64,000 bases of DNA from Alphaproteobacteria bacterium (lineage in GTDB: Bacteria > Pseudomonadota > Alphaproteobacteria > UBA828), in the NCBI GenBank assembly GCA_965237415.1, contig CBDEFM010000002.1:1216001-1280000 (forward strand), written 5' to 3'. The notes under the pieces were generated by a model, which was not told the origin of the DNA, made no database searches, and worked only from the letters and a program-made list of their open reading frames with translations. Made by a program: the position numbers and the translations under genes. Shown piece by piece: positions 19,001 to 27,492 of the stretch (positions within the stretch are counted from its first letter, which is position 1; the number at the start of each line of letters is the position of its first letter).

Positions 19001-19479
19001 AGCATGCCGGGAAAGCCCACGGGGCGAACGAGGGCGAGCGCCTCGGCGGTATCCGCAGGCAGCGCATCCGTCGCCGGCACCGTCGGCACGCCGGCGCTGG
19101 CCGCGATGGCCCGCGCGGACACCTTGTCGCCGAGCAGGCGCAGCGTCTCCGGCCGCGGGCCGATGAAGGCGATCCCCGCTTCGGCGCAGGCCTCGGCGAA
19201 CTCGGGCGATTCGGAGAGGAAGCCGTAGCCCGGATGAATGGCGTCGCTCTCCGTCTCGACCGCGACCCGGATGATGTCGTCCACGGCCAGGTAGGCGGTG
19301 ACGGGGCCGCGCCCCTCGCCGATGCGATAGGACTCGTCCGCCTTGAAGCGATGGAGGGAGAGGTGATCCTCTTCGGCGAAGACCGCGACCGTGGCCTTGC
19401 CCATCTCGTAGGCGGCGCGCAGGACGCGAATGGCGATCTCGCCCCGGTTCGCCACCAGTATTCGTTCGAAGCCGCTCAT
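16027..19479 (-). CDS. pyc: Pyruvate carboxylase
   Basis: ANRGEIAIRV, ERDCSVQRRNQK, RDAHQSLLATR, biotin site EAMKME; 1150 aa. Confidence 0.97.
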   Translation of the reverse strand: MSGFERILVANRGEIAIRVLRAAYEMGKATVAVFAEEDHLSLHRFKADESYRIGEGRGPVTAYLAVDDIIRVAVETESDAIHPGYGFLSESPEFAEACAEAGIAFIGPRPETLRLLGDKVSARAIAASAGVPTVPATDALPADTAEALALVRPVGFPGMLKASWGGGGRGMRIVETEDEFEAALLAARREADAAFGKDDIYLERFIRRARHLEVQVLADGHGRIVHLFERDCSVQRRNQKIVECAPAPVLRPEERDALTGYALAIAQEADYLNAGTVEFLHDLDTGSFHFIEVNPRIQVEHTVTEQVTGIDLVRAQIRIAEGGAIGDAPEDACPPQDDIALRGHAVQCRITTEDPLDRFIPDYGRITAYRAATGFGIRLDGGTAYTGAVITRHYDSLLEKVTAWASSREGAIDRMRRALQEFRIRGVATNIDFLERLVSDEAFRQGQVTTRFIDDNPELLAFARPRDRASRLLRYIAETTVNGHPEVKDRPAPPAHARNPNPPPLHAKKPAPGAKALLDAEGPEAVAAWMLGQTPVLVTDTTMRDAHQSLLATRMRTHDLCQVADAYAHNLPQLFSLECWGGATFDVALRFLGECPWERLERLRSRVPNILLQMLLRASNGVGYTNYPDNVVEGFVARAAASGIDLFRIFDPLNSVENMRVAVDAVLETGRLCEAAICYTGDLHDPRRSRYDLAYYLAMARELRDAGTHILGIKDMAGLVKPAAARELVHALKEETGLPVHFHTHDTSGIAAASVLAAVDAGVDAVDLAMDSLSGFTSQPCLGSMVEALRGQPRDTGLDPAHVREISDYWEVVRAEYAAFETDMRAPASEVYLHEMPGGQFTNLREQARALGLAERWHEVAEAYAEINRMFGDIVKVTPTSKVVGDMALVMVSGGLTRADVEDPDREIAFPDSVVGLFRGELGRMPGGFPEPLASKILKGEKPIEGRPGAILPPADLAAERARAEEETGWSLSDEDVYSWLFYPKVFADYAARHDLYGPVSALPTDVFFYGLPPRRDISVEIERGHTLVIRCLAVGETDEEGAVRVFFELNGQPRTVKVENREASASVVRRPKADPANPCHVPAPMPGVVASVAVASGRSVVAGDLLMTIEAMKMETALHAERDGTVAALHVAAGQSVEAKDLLLEYAAA

Positions 19480-19529
19480 CGATCCGCCCGTTCGCCCGAC
19501 CGCCGGGTGCGGGCCTTCTACACGGATGT

Positions 19530-20705
19530 CTATTCCTGTGGAAGCCGCTGGTGCGGCGCGCCGCTACCGACCCCCATCTCGCGCAGCACGTCCTCCGCCG
19601 CTTCGACGAAACGGGCCATGGTGTCGGCGCGGAAGGCGCCGATGCAGCCGACGCGGAAGCTCTCCTCCCGCGCGAGCTTGCCGGGATAGATCACGAAACC
19701 GCGTTCCGCGAGCAGGTCGTAAAACGTCTCGAAGTCCCAGGCGGGATCGGCCGGCGCGCGGAAGGTCACGATGATGGGCGCCTGCACGCCATCGGCCAGC
19801 AGCGTCTCGAAGCCGAGGCCGCGCATGCCGTCCACCAGGGTGCGGCAGTTCTCCCAGTAGCGGGCGAAGCGGCCGGCGACGCCGCCCTCGTCGTCGAGTG
19901 CATCGAGCGCCCGGTCGAGCGCGGCGAGGATGTGCGTGGGCGGCGTGAACCGCCATTGGCCGTTGGCTTCGAGGCCCGCCCACTGGGCGTGGAGATCGAG
20001 GCTCACGGCATGGGCGTTGTCGGCGCAGCCTGCGAGGTGGCCGGCGCGCACGATGACGAAGCCCACGCCGGGCGCCCCCTCCAGGCACTTGTTGGCGGAC
20101 GCCGCGAGGCTCGCGAGCGGCAGCCGCCCGAGATCGATCGGGATGCCGCCGAAGGAGCTCATGGCGTCCACGTGCAGGCGGCGGCCGGCCTCGCTCACGG
20201 CGGCGGCGAGATCGGCAAGCGGATTGAGGATGCCCGTCGTGGTCTCGCAGTGGACGAGCGCGACGTCGGTGATGTCGGGTTCCGCCGCGAGCCGCTCTGC
20301 GAGCGCAGACGCCGTCGGCGGTACGGTCTCGTCCGTCTCCATGACGCTGTGGGCGCGCGCCATGCGCCGGCAAATCTCGACCATGCGGCGGCCGTAGGCG
20401 CCACCGACCAGGATCAGCAGATGGCCGTCGCGCGGGACCAGCGTGCCGAGCTGGGCTTCCACCGCGAAGGTGCCGCTGCCCTGTATCGGCACGCAGGTGA
20501 ACGCCTCGCCGGCGGCGGCGAGCGCGAGCAGCCTGCGGCGCACGGCCGCGGTGAGCTCGATGAACGCCGCATCGCGCGAGCCCCAGTCGCGGTCCATCGC
20601 CGCACGGGTCTCGGGCCGGGTGGTGAGCGGGCCGGGCGTGAGCAGGACGGTGCCGGCGCCCCCGCCGCCTTCCCCGTCAGCGGGCGGCGGCGCGGCCGAG
20701 GGCAT
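19530..20705 (-). CDS. phnW: 2-aminoethylphosphonate-pyruvate transaminase
   Basis: LLTPGPLTT, DWGSRD, HCETTTG, DAMSSFGG, SANKCLEG, QWRFTPPTH, GFVIYPGKL. Confidence 0.92.
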   Translation of the reverse strand: MPSAAPPPADGEGGGGAGTVLLTPGPLTTRPETRAAMDRDWGSRDAAFIELTAAVRRRLLALAAAGEAFTCVPIQGSGTFAVEAQLGTLVPRDGHLLILVGGAYGRRMVEICRRMARAHSVMETDETVPPTASALAERLAAEPDITDVALVHCETTTGILNPLADLAAAVSEAGRRLHVDAMSSFGGIPIDLGRLPLASLAASANKCLEGAPGVGFVIVRAGHLAGCADNAHAVSLDLHAQWAGLEANGQWRFTPPTHILAALDRALDALDDEGGVAGRFARYWENCRTLVDGMRGLGFETLLADGVQAPIIVTFRAPADPAWDFETFYDLLAERGFVIYPGKLAREESFRVGCIGAFRADTMARFVEAAEDVLREMGVGSGAPHQRLPQE

Positions 20706-22344
20706 CGAGGGCTTCGGGCGTATCCACGTCGATGGTTACCGAGTGATCGGGGCTCTCGACCTCGTACACGGCATCCGCGTGGTCGCCGATCAGGTGGCGC
20801 GCGCCGACATCGCCCGAGAGGTTGCGCATCTCGCCGAAGAAGCGCGCCGCCCACAGCACGGGATTGCCGCGCTTGCCGCGGTAAGTGGGCACGCCGATGG
20901 CGTGGCCTTCGGGCGGGTTGAAGTCCGCGATCAGCCGGTCGATCAGCGCCGCCGAGGTGCGCGGCATGTCGCCGAGGCAGACCACGGCGCCGTCGATCCC
21001 AGGGGCTCGCTCGGAGTCGAGCGCTTCGACACCGCAATGGAGCGAGCTGCTCATGCCCTCGGCGAAGTCGGAGTTGTGGGCGAACGCCACATCCAGCCCG
21101 GCGAGCGCTGCCCGGACGCGTTCCGCCTCGTGGCCGGTCACGACGACCACCGGCGCGGCCTTGGACGCAAGCGCCGCGGCCGCCACGCGCCGCACCATCG
21201 GCACGCCGTCCACCTCGATCAAGAGCTTGTTGAGCGTGCCCATGCGCCGCGACTGCCCCGCCGCGAGCACGACGGCCGCGATACGGGGCGGCGACGCTGG
21301 GGGGACCGCCTCGTCCGTGCGCGCGGCGCTCCGGGGCGAGGCGCGGCCCCGGGGCAAGGGCCGGCTCGGAATCTCCATCAGGAGGCCGCCGGCCCCCATG
21401 CGCATGATGTCCGATGCCGTGACCTCGACGCCGGCGAAGATGCGCTGCAGCACCCAGTCGAAGCCGTTGAGCTTGAGCGAGCGGGCGCAGCCGGGGAGCC
21501 CGAGCACGTGCGACTCGCCGAGGCGCGCGAGGAGCAGCAGGTTGCCGGGGTCCACCGGCATGCCGAAGTGGTCGATGGCCCCGCCCGCCTCCACCACGGC
21601 GGCCGGCACCACATCCCGCCGGTCGACGATGGCCGATGCGCCGGCGATGAGGATGACGTCGCAGCCCCGCCCGTGAAGCTGGCCCACCGCGTCCGCCACC
21701 TCGGTGCGGCTGTGGGCGCAGCGGACCTCGGCGGCGAGCGAGCCGTCGAGCCGGGAAAGCCGTGTAGCGACGGCGCCCGTGGTCGAATCGAGCACGCTCT
21801 CGCGCATCCCCGGCAGCCGGGTCTGGATCAGGCCGACCGTGCGCGCCTTGAGCGTCGCGAGGCGCAGTATCGGCCCGCCCTCTTCCGCGATCTCGACGCA
21901 GTGCTCGACCACCCGCCGTGAGGCGGCGAAGGGGATCACTTTGATCGTCGCCACCATCTGGCCCGCCTCGACCAGGGCGTGGGGTGCGACGGTGCCGAGC
22001 GTCATGGCCTCGTCGAGAAGATTGAGCCGGTCCACCCGCGCATCGTCGATCGCAGCGAGGCCGTGCGCTTCGGCAAAGATGTTGCAGCGGCCGGTGAAGG
22101 CATCGCCGAGGGTGAGCCCCGGCCCGCAGACTGCGCGTGCGACGGTCTCGGCGGCCTCGTCCTCGCCCACGTCGTCGGGCTCCAGACGGGCGCCGGAAAC
22201 GGTCGCGATCTTCGCCTCCAGCAGCACGGCGATGTCCTCGGCCGAAAGCACGCGCCCCTTCTTGAAGGCGCGGCCGGGCAGGCGCACGCTGTGGGCGAGG
22301 ATCAGTCCTTGCGCCTCTGCGACCGGCACGTCGCCGAAGATCAT
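20677..22344 (-). CDS. Molybdopterin-binding domain fused to MocA-like molybdenum cofactor cytidylyltransferase
   Basis: N-terminal GMPVDPGNLL/GLPGCARS; C-terminal LAAGQSRRMG..NKLL, LGDMP, GNPVLW, GDVGAR, DVDTP. Confidence 0.88.
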   Translation of the reverse strand: MIFGDVPVAEAQGLILAHSVRLPGRAFKKGRVLSAEDIAVLLEAKIATVSGARLEPDDVGEDEAAETVARAVCGPGLTLGDAFTGRCNIFAEAHGLAAIDDARVDRLNLLDEAMTLGTVAPHALVEAGQMVATIKVIPFAASRRVVEHCVEIAEEGGPILRLATLKARTVGLIQTRLPGMRESVLDSTTGAVATRLSRLDGSLAAEVRCAHSRTEVADAVGQLHGRGCDVILIAGASAIVDRRDVVPAAVVEAGGAIDHFGMPVDPGNLLLLARLGESHVLGLPGCARSLKLNGFDWVLQRIFAGVEVTASDIMRMGAGGLLMEIPSRPLPRGRASPRSAARTDEAVPPASPPRIAAVVLAAGQSRRMGTLNKLLIEVDGVPMVRRVAAAALASKAAPVVVVTGHEAERVRAALAGLDVAFAHNSDFAEGMSSSLHCGVEALDSERAPGIDGAVVCLGDMPRTSAALIDRLIADFNPPEGHAIGVPTYRGKRGNPVLWAARFFGEMRNLSGDVGARHLIGDHADAVYEVESPDHSVTIDVDTPEALDALGRAAAR

Positions 22345-22354
22345 GGGCCGCCAG

Positions 22355-23074
22355 TCACGATCCGGCGCCCCCGGCCGGCGCGGGCGGCTGGCGGCGCACC
22401 TGGGTCACCTCGGCCATGATCGAAACCGCGATCTCGGCGGGCGAGCGCGCGCCGATGGCGAGGCCGATGGGGGCGTGAATGCGGCCAAGCTCGTCCTCGG
22501 AAAAACCCTTCTCGCGCAGGCGCTCCAGCCGCTTGCCGTGGGTCCGCCTGCTGCCCAGCGAGCCGATATAGAAGACCGGCGCCCGCACTGCGACCTCCAG
22601 CGCCGGGTCGTCGATCTTGGGGTCGTGGGTGAGCGTCACCACCGCCGTGCGGTGGTCGGGCACGAGCCGGTTCAGCGCGTCGTCGGGCCACTCGGTCGAG
22701 ACCTCGATGGCGGGAAAGCGTGCGGCATCGGCGAAGGCACGGCGCGGATCGCAGACGATCACGGCGTAGCCCGCGGCCTCGGCCATCCGTGCCAGCGCCT
22801 GCGTGATGTGGACGGCGCCGACGATGACCATTCGCGCCGGCGGGTTATGGACGTGGACGAACCAGGTCTCGTCCCCGGCCTCCACCTGCCTGCTCTGGTC
22901 GGCGCGGAGCGCCTCTTGTGCCGCCGCCGCCACGGCCTCGGGCAGCGCATCGCCGGCGGTATCGCCATTCGGGTAGACGAGCGCCTGCCCGCCGCCGTCG
23001 AGCGCGGTGACGAGAGCGACCGCGCGGTCCGCGGCGCGGTCGCCGTTCAGCCGGTCGAGGATGGCGCGCTGCAT
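22355..23074 (-). CDS. XdhC/CoxF family protein, C-terminal Rossmann-like part
   Basis: IVGAVHI, DPRRAF, THDPKIDD, YIGSLGSRR, PIGLAIGARSPAEIAVSI. Confidence 0.9.
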   Translation of the reverse strand: MQRAILDRLNGDRAADRAVALVTALDGGGQALVYPNGDTAGDALPEAVAAAAQEALRADQSRQVEAGDETWFVHVHNPPARMVIVGAVHITQALARMAEAAGYAVIVCDPRRAFADAARFPAIEVSTEWPDDALNRLVPDHRTAVVTLTHDPKIDDPALEVAVRAPVFYIGSLGSRRTHGKRLERLREKGFSEDELGRIHAPIGLAIGARSPAEIAVSIMAEVTQVRRQPPAPAGGAGS

Positions 23075-23084
23075 CGCTGCCCGC

Positions 23085-23417
23085 TCACTCGACCCGCTCG
23101 ACGAGCACGCGAACGGTGCCGCCGCAGGCGAGACCAACCTCCCACGCCTGCTCGTTGGAGACGCCGAACTCGAGCACGCTCGGCCGGCCTGCGCCCATGA
23201 CCTTTTGCGCCTCCTCGATCACCGCGCCTTCGATGCAGCCGCCGGAGACCGAGCCCTCGAAGTGGCCGTCGGCGTCGGCGACAAGCTGGCTGCCCACGGG
23301 GCGGGGCGACGAGCCCCAGGTGGCGATGACGGTGGCGAGCGCCACGTCCCTGCCCTCGTCGCACCAGCGGGCGGCGGTGCCCAGAATGTCCTCTTGCCCG
23401 GCGTGATCCGAACTCAT
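23085..23417 (-). CDS. XdhC/CoxI family protein, N-terminal domain
   Basis: ATVIATWGSSPRPVGS, GSVSGGCIEG, GLACGG. Confidence 0.9.
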   Translation of the reverse strand: MSSDHAGQEDILGTAARWCDEGRDVALATVIATWGSSPRPVGSQLVADADGHFEGSVSGGCIEGAVIEEAQKVMGAGRPSVLEFGVSNEQAWEVGLACGGTVRVLVERVE

Positions 23418-23459
23418 CGGGCTTCCTCCCTTTTTACGCGGGCCGCGGTCGCGGGCGCC

Positions 23460-24401
23460 TCACTCCGCGACGGCGGCCATCCCGGCCTCGACATCCGCAA
23501 GGATACGCTGCGTCTCGCCGTTCCGCGCCTTCTCGATGTCATCCTGATACTTCAGGAGGACGCCCAGAGTCTGATCGACGACCGCAGGGTCGAGGCTCTC
23601 CTGCGCGAGCGTGCTGAGCGCGCGCAGCCAATCGATGCTCTCCGCAACGCCCGGCGACTTGAAGAAGTCGAGCTCGCGCAGCTGCTGCACGAAGGCCACG
23701 ACCTCGTAGATCAATCTCGGGGCGGCCTCCGGCACCCGCACGCGCAGGATCTCGCGCTCGCGCTGGGCGTCGGGGTAGTCGATCCAGTGATAGAGGCAGC
23801 GCCGCTTGAGGGCGTCGTGGATTTCGCGGGTCCGGTTGGAGGTGATGAGCACGATCGGCGGCTCTGCCGCGCGGATGGTGCCGATCTCCGGAATCGTGAT
23901 CTGGTAGTCGTCCAAGATCTCCAGCAGAAACGCCTCGAACGGCTCGTCGGCGCGGTCGAGCTCGTCGATCAGCAGTACCGGCGGCCCGGTATCGTGCGGG
24001 CGGAGCGCCTCCAGTAGCGGCCGGCTGATGAGGAATCGCTCCGAGAAGATATCGCCGGCCAGCGTCTGGCGGTCGCGGTCGCCCATCGCCTCCGACAGGC
24101 GAATCTCGATCATCTGCCGCGCGTAGTTCCACTCGTAGACGGCGGACGAGACGTCGAGCCCCTCGTAGCACTGGAGACGCAGCAGGGAGCGCCCGAGACG
24201 CTCGGCCAAAACGCTCGCGAGCGCGGTCTTGCCGACGCCAGCCTCGCCTTCGAGAAAGAGCGGGCGGTTCAGGCGGAACGCGACGAACAGGCTGGTCGCC
24301 AGGTTGCGATCGGCCACATAGTCGCCGCCGGAGAGCAGCGCGAGCGTCTCGTCGACGGTTGCGGGGATCGCCACGCCGTTAACCATTTCAGGAACTTTCA
24401 T
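23460..24401 (-). CDS. coxD: MoxR-type AAA+ ATPase (CoxD-like)
   Basis: EGEAGVGKT, LQCYEGLD, LLIDELDRADEPFEAFLLE, TSNRTREIHDALKRRC. Confidence 0.9.
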   Translation of the reverse strand: MKVPEMVNGVAIPATVDETLALLSGGDYVADRNLATSLFVAFRLNRPLFLEGEAGVGKTALASVLAERLGRSLLRLQCYEGLDVSSAVYEWNYARQMIEIRLSEAMGDRDRQTLAGDIFSERFLISRPLLEALRPHDTGPPVLLIDELDRADEPFEAFLLEILDDYQITIPEIGTIRAAEPPIVLITSNRTREIHDALKRRCLYHWIDYPDAQREREILRVRVPEAAPRLIYEVVAFVQQLRELDFFKSPGVAESIDWLRALSTLAQESLDPAVVDQTLGVLLKYQDDIEKARNGETQRILADVEAGMAAVAE

Positions 24402-24855
24402 CGGAAAGGCGCTCGATCAGATCGGCGATCGCCTCCGGCTTGTCAAGGTCTAACGCCGGCTGGCGGCCATCCTCCGCCAGCACACGCAGGCCTCTGCCGG
24501 CCTCGTGCCCGGGGCTGCATTCGACCGTGAGCCGGGCGGCGGCACTCTCGTCGAAACCGAGTGCCAGCACCACGTCCGCATCGCCCGCGAGCGCTGCGAG
24601 GGCGGCCGCCTGAGGCGGCGCCGGCGGGTCGTTGCGATGCACACGCGCCCAGCGCCGGCCGGAGACCACGACGACATCGCGCGCGCCGGCAGCGGCATGC
24701 TCGTAGCTGTCCTTACCCGGCGCGTCGATGGCGAGCGGACCCTGGCTCGCGGCGATCACGGCGACGCGCCGGCCGCGGCCCGTCAGCGTCTCGATCAGCT
24801 GCGTCGCCATCGCATCCCGCTCCTCCGCAGGGCCGGCAATCGCCACCACCACCAC
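24388..24855 (-). CDS. MobB-like protein, degenerate
   Basis: IDAPGKDSYEHAAAGA matches MobB DxPGKDS, but the P-loop is not canonical. Confidence 0.6.
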   Translation of the reverse strand: MVVVAIAGPAEERDAMATQLIETLTGRGRRVAVIAASQGPLAIDAPGKDSYEHAAAGARDVVVVSGRRWARVHRNDPPAPPQAAALAALAGDADVVLALGFDESAAARLTVECSPGHEAGRGLRVLAEDGRQPALDLDKPEAIADLIERLSDESS

Positions 24856-24862
24856 GCGCGGC

Positions 24863-25513
24863 TCAGATCACGCCGGTGAACACGAGGATCAGGACCACGG
24901 CGACGACGATCACCGCCCCGACCCAGGCCGCGGTGGGGAGCCCCATCCGCTGTGCCGCCGGCGCGAGCGGCGGCCCCGCGGCCTCGGCCGGTGCGCCTTC
25001 CTGTGCAGCGTCGGCCGGGGGCGCGGCGGGCTCCGGTTCGGGCTCTGCTGCGTCCTCGGCTTCCGCTTCCTCGCCGCCGCCCAGCTTCTCGGCAAGGCTG
25101 TCGAAGAACTGCTTGGAGAGCTTCTTTGCGGTGGAATCGATGAGGCGCGAGCCGATCTGCGCGAGCTTGCCGCCGACCTTCGCATCGACGTCGTAGTGCA
25201 CGACTGTCTCGCCGCCGTCGGCGACCAGCCGGACCTTGGCCTCGCCCGAGGCGAAGCCGGCGGCACCCCCTTGGCCCTGGCCGGAGATCGTATAGCCGTT
25301 GGGCGGGTCGAGATCGGAAAGCGTGACACCGCCCGCGAAGGTCGCCTTGACCGGGCCGACCTTGATGACCAGCGTCGCGGTCATCTCGGTATCCGACGTC
25401 TTCTCGATCTCCTGGCAACCGGGCAGGCACTCCTTCAGGACCTCGGGGTCGTTGAGCGCCCGCCACACGGTCTCCCGGTCGGTCGGGACCCGGATCTCGC
25501 CGTTCATCTTCAT
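24863..25513 (-). CDS. coxG: CoxG family (SRPBCC) protein with C-terminal membrane anchor
   Basis: VWRALNDPEVLKECLPGC, KVGPVKATF, VGGKLAQIGSRLID. Confidence 0.9.
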   Translation of the reverse strand: MKMNGEIRVPTDRETVWRALNDPEVLKECLPGCQEIEKTSDTEMTATLVIKVGPVKATFAGGVTLSDLDPPNGYTISGQGQGGAAGFASGEAKVRLVADGGETVVHYDVDAKVGGKLAQIGSRLIDSTAKKLSKQFFDSLAEKLGGGEEAEAEDAAEPEPEPAAPPADAAQEGAPAEAAGPPLAPAAQRMGLPTAAWVGAVIVVAVVLILVFTGVI

Positions 25514-25556
25514 GGCCGCCTGGCCCCCTGCCCTGCCGTGCCGGCGCTCGGCGCCG

Positions 25557-27251
25557 CTAAACGTAGTAGATGACCAGGCAGGCGCCAAGGAGGACCAGGA
25601 TCCAGAGCGCGGCGACGCCGGTCGGCCAAGTGCGTGCCAGCACCCCGCCCGGCCTGTGCTGATGCGCGATCAGGAAAATCAGGCGATCGAGGCCGCGTGC
25701 GGACTGCTCCCGGACGTGCGCGGCGAGCGCCGACGCCGCAGCGTCAACGAGGCGCGTCACGCGCGGCAGCAAGCGCCGGTACACCCACTCGCTGTCGATG
25801 TTCACCGAGCGCAGCTCGGGCGGGTAGAGCCCGACCAGGTTGAGGAAGGCGAAGGCCAAAGCCGAGAAGAAGAGAAGCTGGACCTGCACCAGCACGTGGC
25901 TGCCGGTGTAGGGCACGTAGCCCACCTCGTAGGGCAGCAACGAATAGAGCCATGCCGGATAGCAGCCGATGACGATGCAGAGGATCGCCGCCATCGCCAT
26001 GGCAATCCGCATGTTGAGCGGCGCTTCGCGAGTGCGGATGCCGCTGTCGTGGGCGAAGAAGGCAAAGTAGGGGATCTTGATGCCGGCATGGTGGAAGACG
26101 CCGGCGGAGGCGAAGAGCAGCAGAATCCAGACGATCCAATGGCCCTCGGCCGCGGCCGCGCTCATCACCATCGACTTGCTGACGAAGCCGGAGAAGAGCG
26201 GGAAGGCCGAGATCGATGCTGCGCCCACGATGCAGAGCCCGGTGGTCTGGGGCATCGACTTGTAGAGCCCGCCCAGCTCCGAGCCGTTGATCTTGCCGGT
26301 CTGGTGCAGCACCGCACCCATCGACATGAGCAGCAGCCCCTTGAAGATGACATCGTTGAAGGCGTGGCTGACGGCGCCGTTGAGCGCGAGCGACGTGCCG
26401 ATGCCGACGCCGACCACCATGAAGCCGATCTGGTTGATCATGCTGTAGGCGAGCACGCGGCGAAGATCGTTCTCGATGACGGCAAAGAAAATCGGGAACG
26501 CCGTCATCGCCGTGCCGATGGGGATCAGCACCTCGGTGCCGGCATAGCCGCGGGCCAGCGCATAGACCGCGAGCTTGGTCGTGAATGCGCTCAGGAACAC
26601 CATTCCCGTCGGCGTCGATTCCGGGTAGGCGTCGGTGAGCCAGGTGTGCACCAGCGGGAAGCCGCACTTGATGCCGAAGGCGACGAAGATCAGCACGCCG
26701 CCGAGGCTCCCGATTCCGATATGGCCGAAGGCGCTGGACCCGGTGTCGCCGATCAGGATCACCGCGCCCCCCAGCAGCAGGAGGCCGGAGACGAGCTGGA
26801 ACACCAGGTAGCGCATGGCGGCGCGCACCGCCCGCGGCTCACGCCGGGCGAGGATCAGCAGCACCGAGCCGAGCGTCGTCCCCTCCCAGAAGATGAGCAG
26901 GCTGATGAGGTCGCCGGCGAACACGGCGCCGAGCGCCGAGCCCGCATAGAGCAGCATTCCGGCCTGCTGCAGGCGGTCGCGCACATGGAAGGCGAAGACG
27001 GCGCCGAGGAACGCCGCGATGTGGAAGAGAAGGCCGAAGAGCAGGCTCAGCGAATCGGCGCGAAGCAGCTCCAGACGCGTGTCGAGGAGGGCAACCTCGA
27101 GTCCTCCCCCGCCGTTCCACACCCCCCACAGGTTGATCCCGCCGAGCAGCGGTACGGCCGGCACGAGGAGACGGCGCAGTCCCCCCGGCAGCAGCAGCAC
27201 GAGGACCGCCGCAACAAGGAAGATGAAGGCGGGGGGGATGCTACTCGTCAT
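25557..27251 (-). CDS. mrpD: Mrp antiporter subunit D-like
   Basis: Proton_antipo_M features: HTWLTDAYPESTPTG, SAFTTK, LAYSMINQIGFM, HAFNDVIFKGLL. Confidence 0.88.
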   Translation of the reverse strand: MTSSIPPAFIFLVAAVLVLLLPGGLRRLLVPAVPLLGGINLWGVWNGGGGLEVALLDTRLELLRADSLSLLFGLLFHIAAFLGAVFAFHVRDRLQQAGMLLYAGSALGAVFAGDLISLLIFWEGTTLGSVLLILARREPRAVRAAMRYLVFQLVSGLLLLGGAVILIGDTGSSAFGHIGIGSLGGVLIFVAFGIKCGFPLVHTWLTDAYPESTPTGMVFLSAFTTKLAVYALARGYAGTEVLIPIGTAMTAFPIFFAVIENDLRRVLAYSMINQIGFMVVGVGIGTSLALNGAVSHAFNDVIFKGLLLMSMGAVLHQTGKINGSELGGLYKSMPQTTGLCIVGAASISAFPLFSGFVSKSMVMSAAAAEGHWIVWILLLFASAGVFHHAGIKIPYFAFFAHDSGIRTREAPLNMRIAMAMAAILCIVIGCYPAWLYSLLPYEVGYVPYTGSHVLVQVQLLFFSALAFAFLNLVGLYPPELRSVNIDSEWVYRRLLPRVTRLVDAAASALAAHVREQSARGLDRLIFLIAHQHRPGGVLARTWPTGVAALWILVLLGACLVIYYV

Positions 27252-27483
27252 AGTAGTCCTCGCGCCGCATCACGAGGCGGCGCAGCTCCTTCGCGGCGAG
27301 CACGAGCACGACGCAGGCGATGAAGCCGAAGAACCCGTAGAAGCCGAACCAGCCTTCCCAGAAGAACTCCTCGTGCCGGTGAAAACCGGCGTCGATCGCC
27401 AGCACGCCGACACAGAGGCCTGCGAAGATCTTGATGAGGAGCATCACGTTGCGGCGTTCGTCGAGCCAGTATTTCTTCTTCAT
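27241..27483 (-). CDS. Small two-TM membrane protein of the Mrp operon
   Basis: FGFYGFFGFIACVVLVLAAKELRRLVMRREDYYD; overlaps the next gene. Confidence 0.75.
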   Translation of the reverse strand: MKKKYWLDERRNVMLLIKIFAGLCVGVLAIDAGFHRHEEFFWEGWFGFYGFFGFIACVVLVLAAKELRRLVMRREDYYDE

Positions 27484-27492
27484 CTCAGACTC

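Noticed and set aside
16498-19689. 1063-aa plus-strand ORF and many other long antisense ORFs (e.g. 27019-29034, 61627-63888)
   Set aside because: Shadow frames of well-supported genes in high-GC DNA, with no recognisable motifs.
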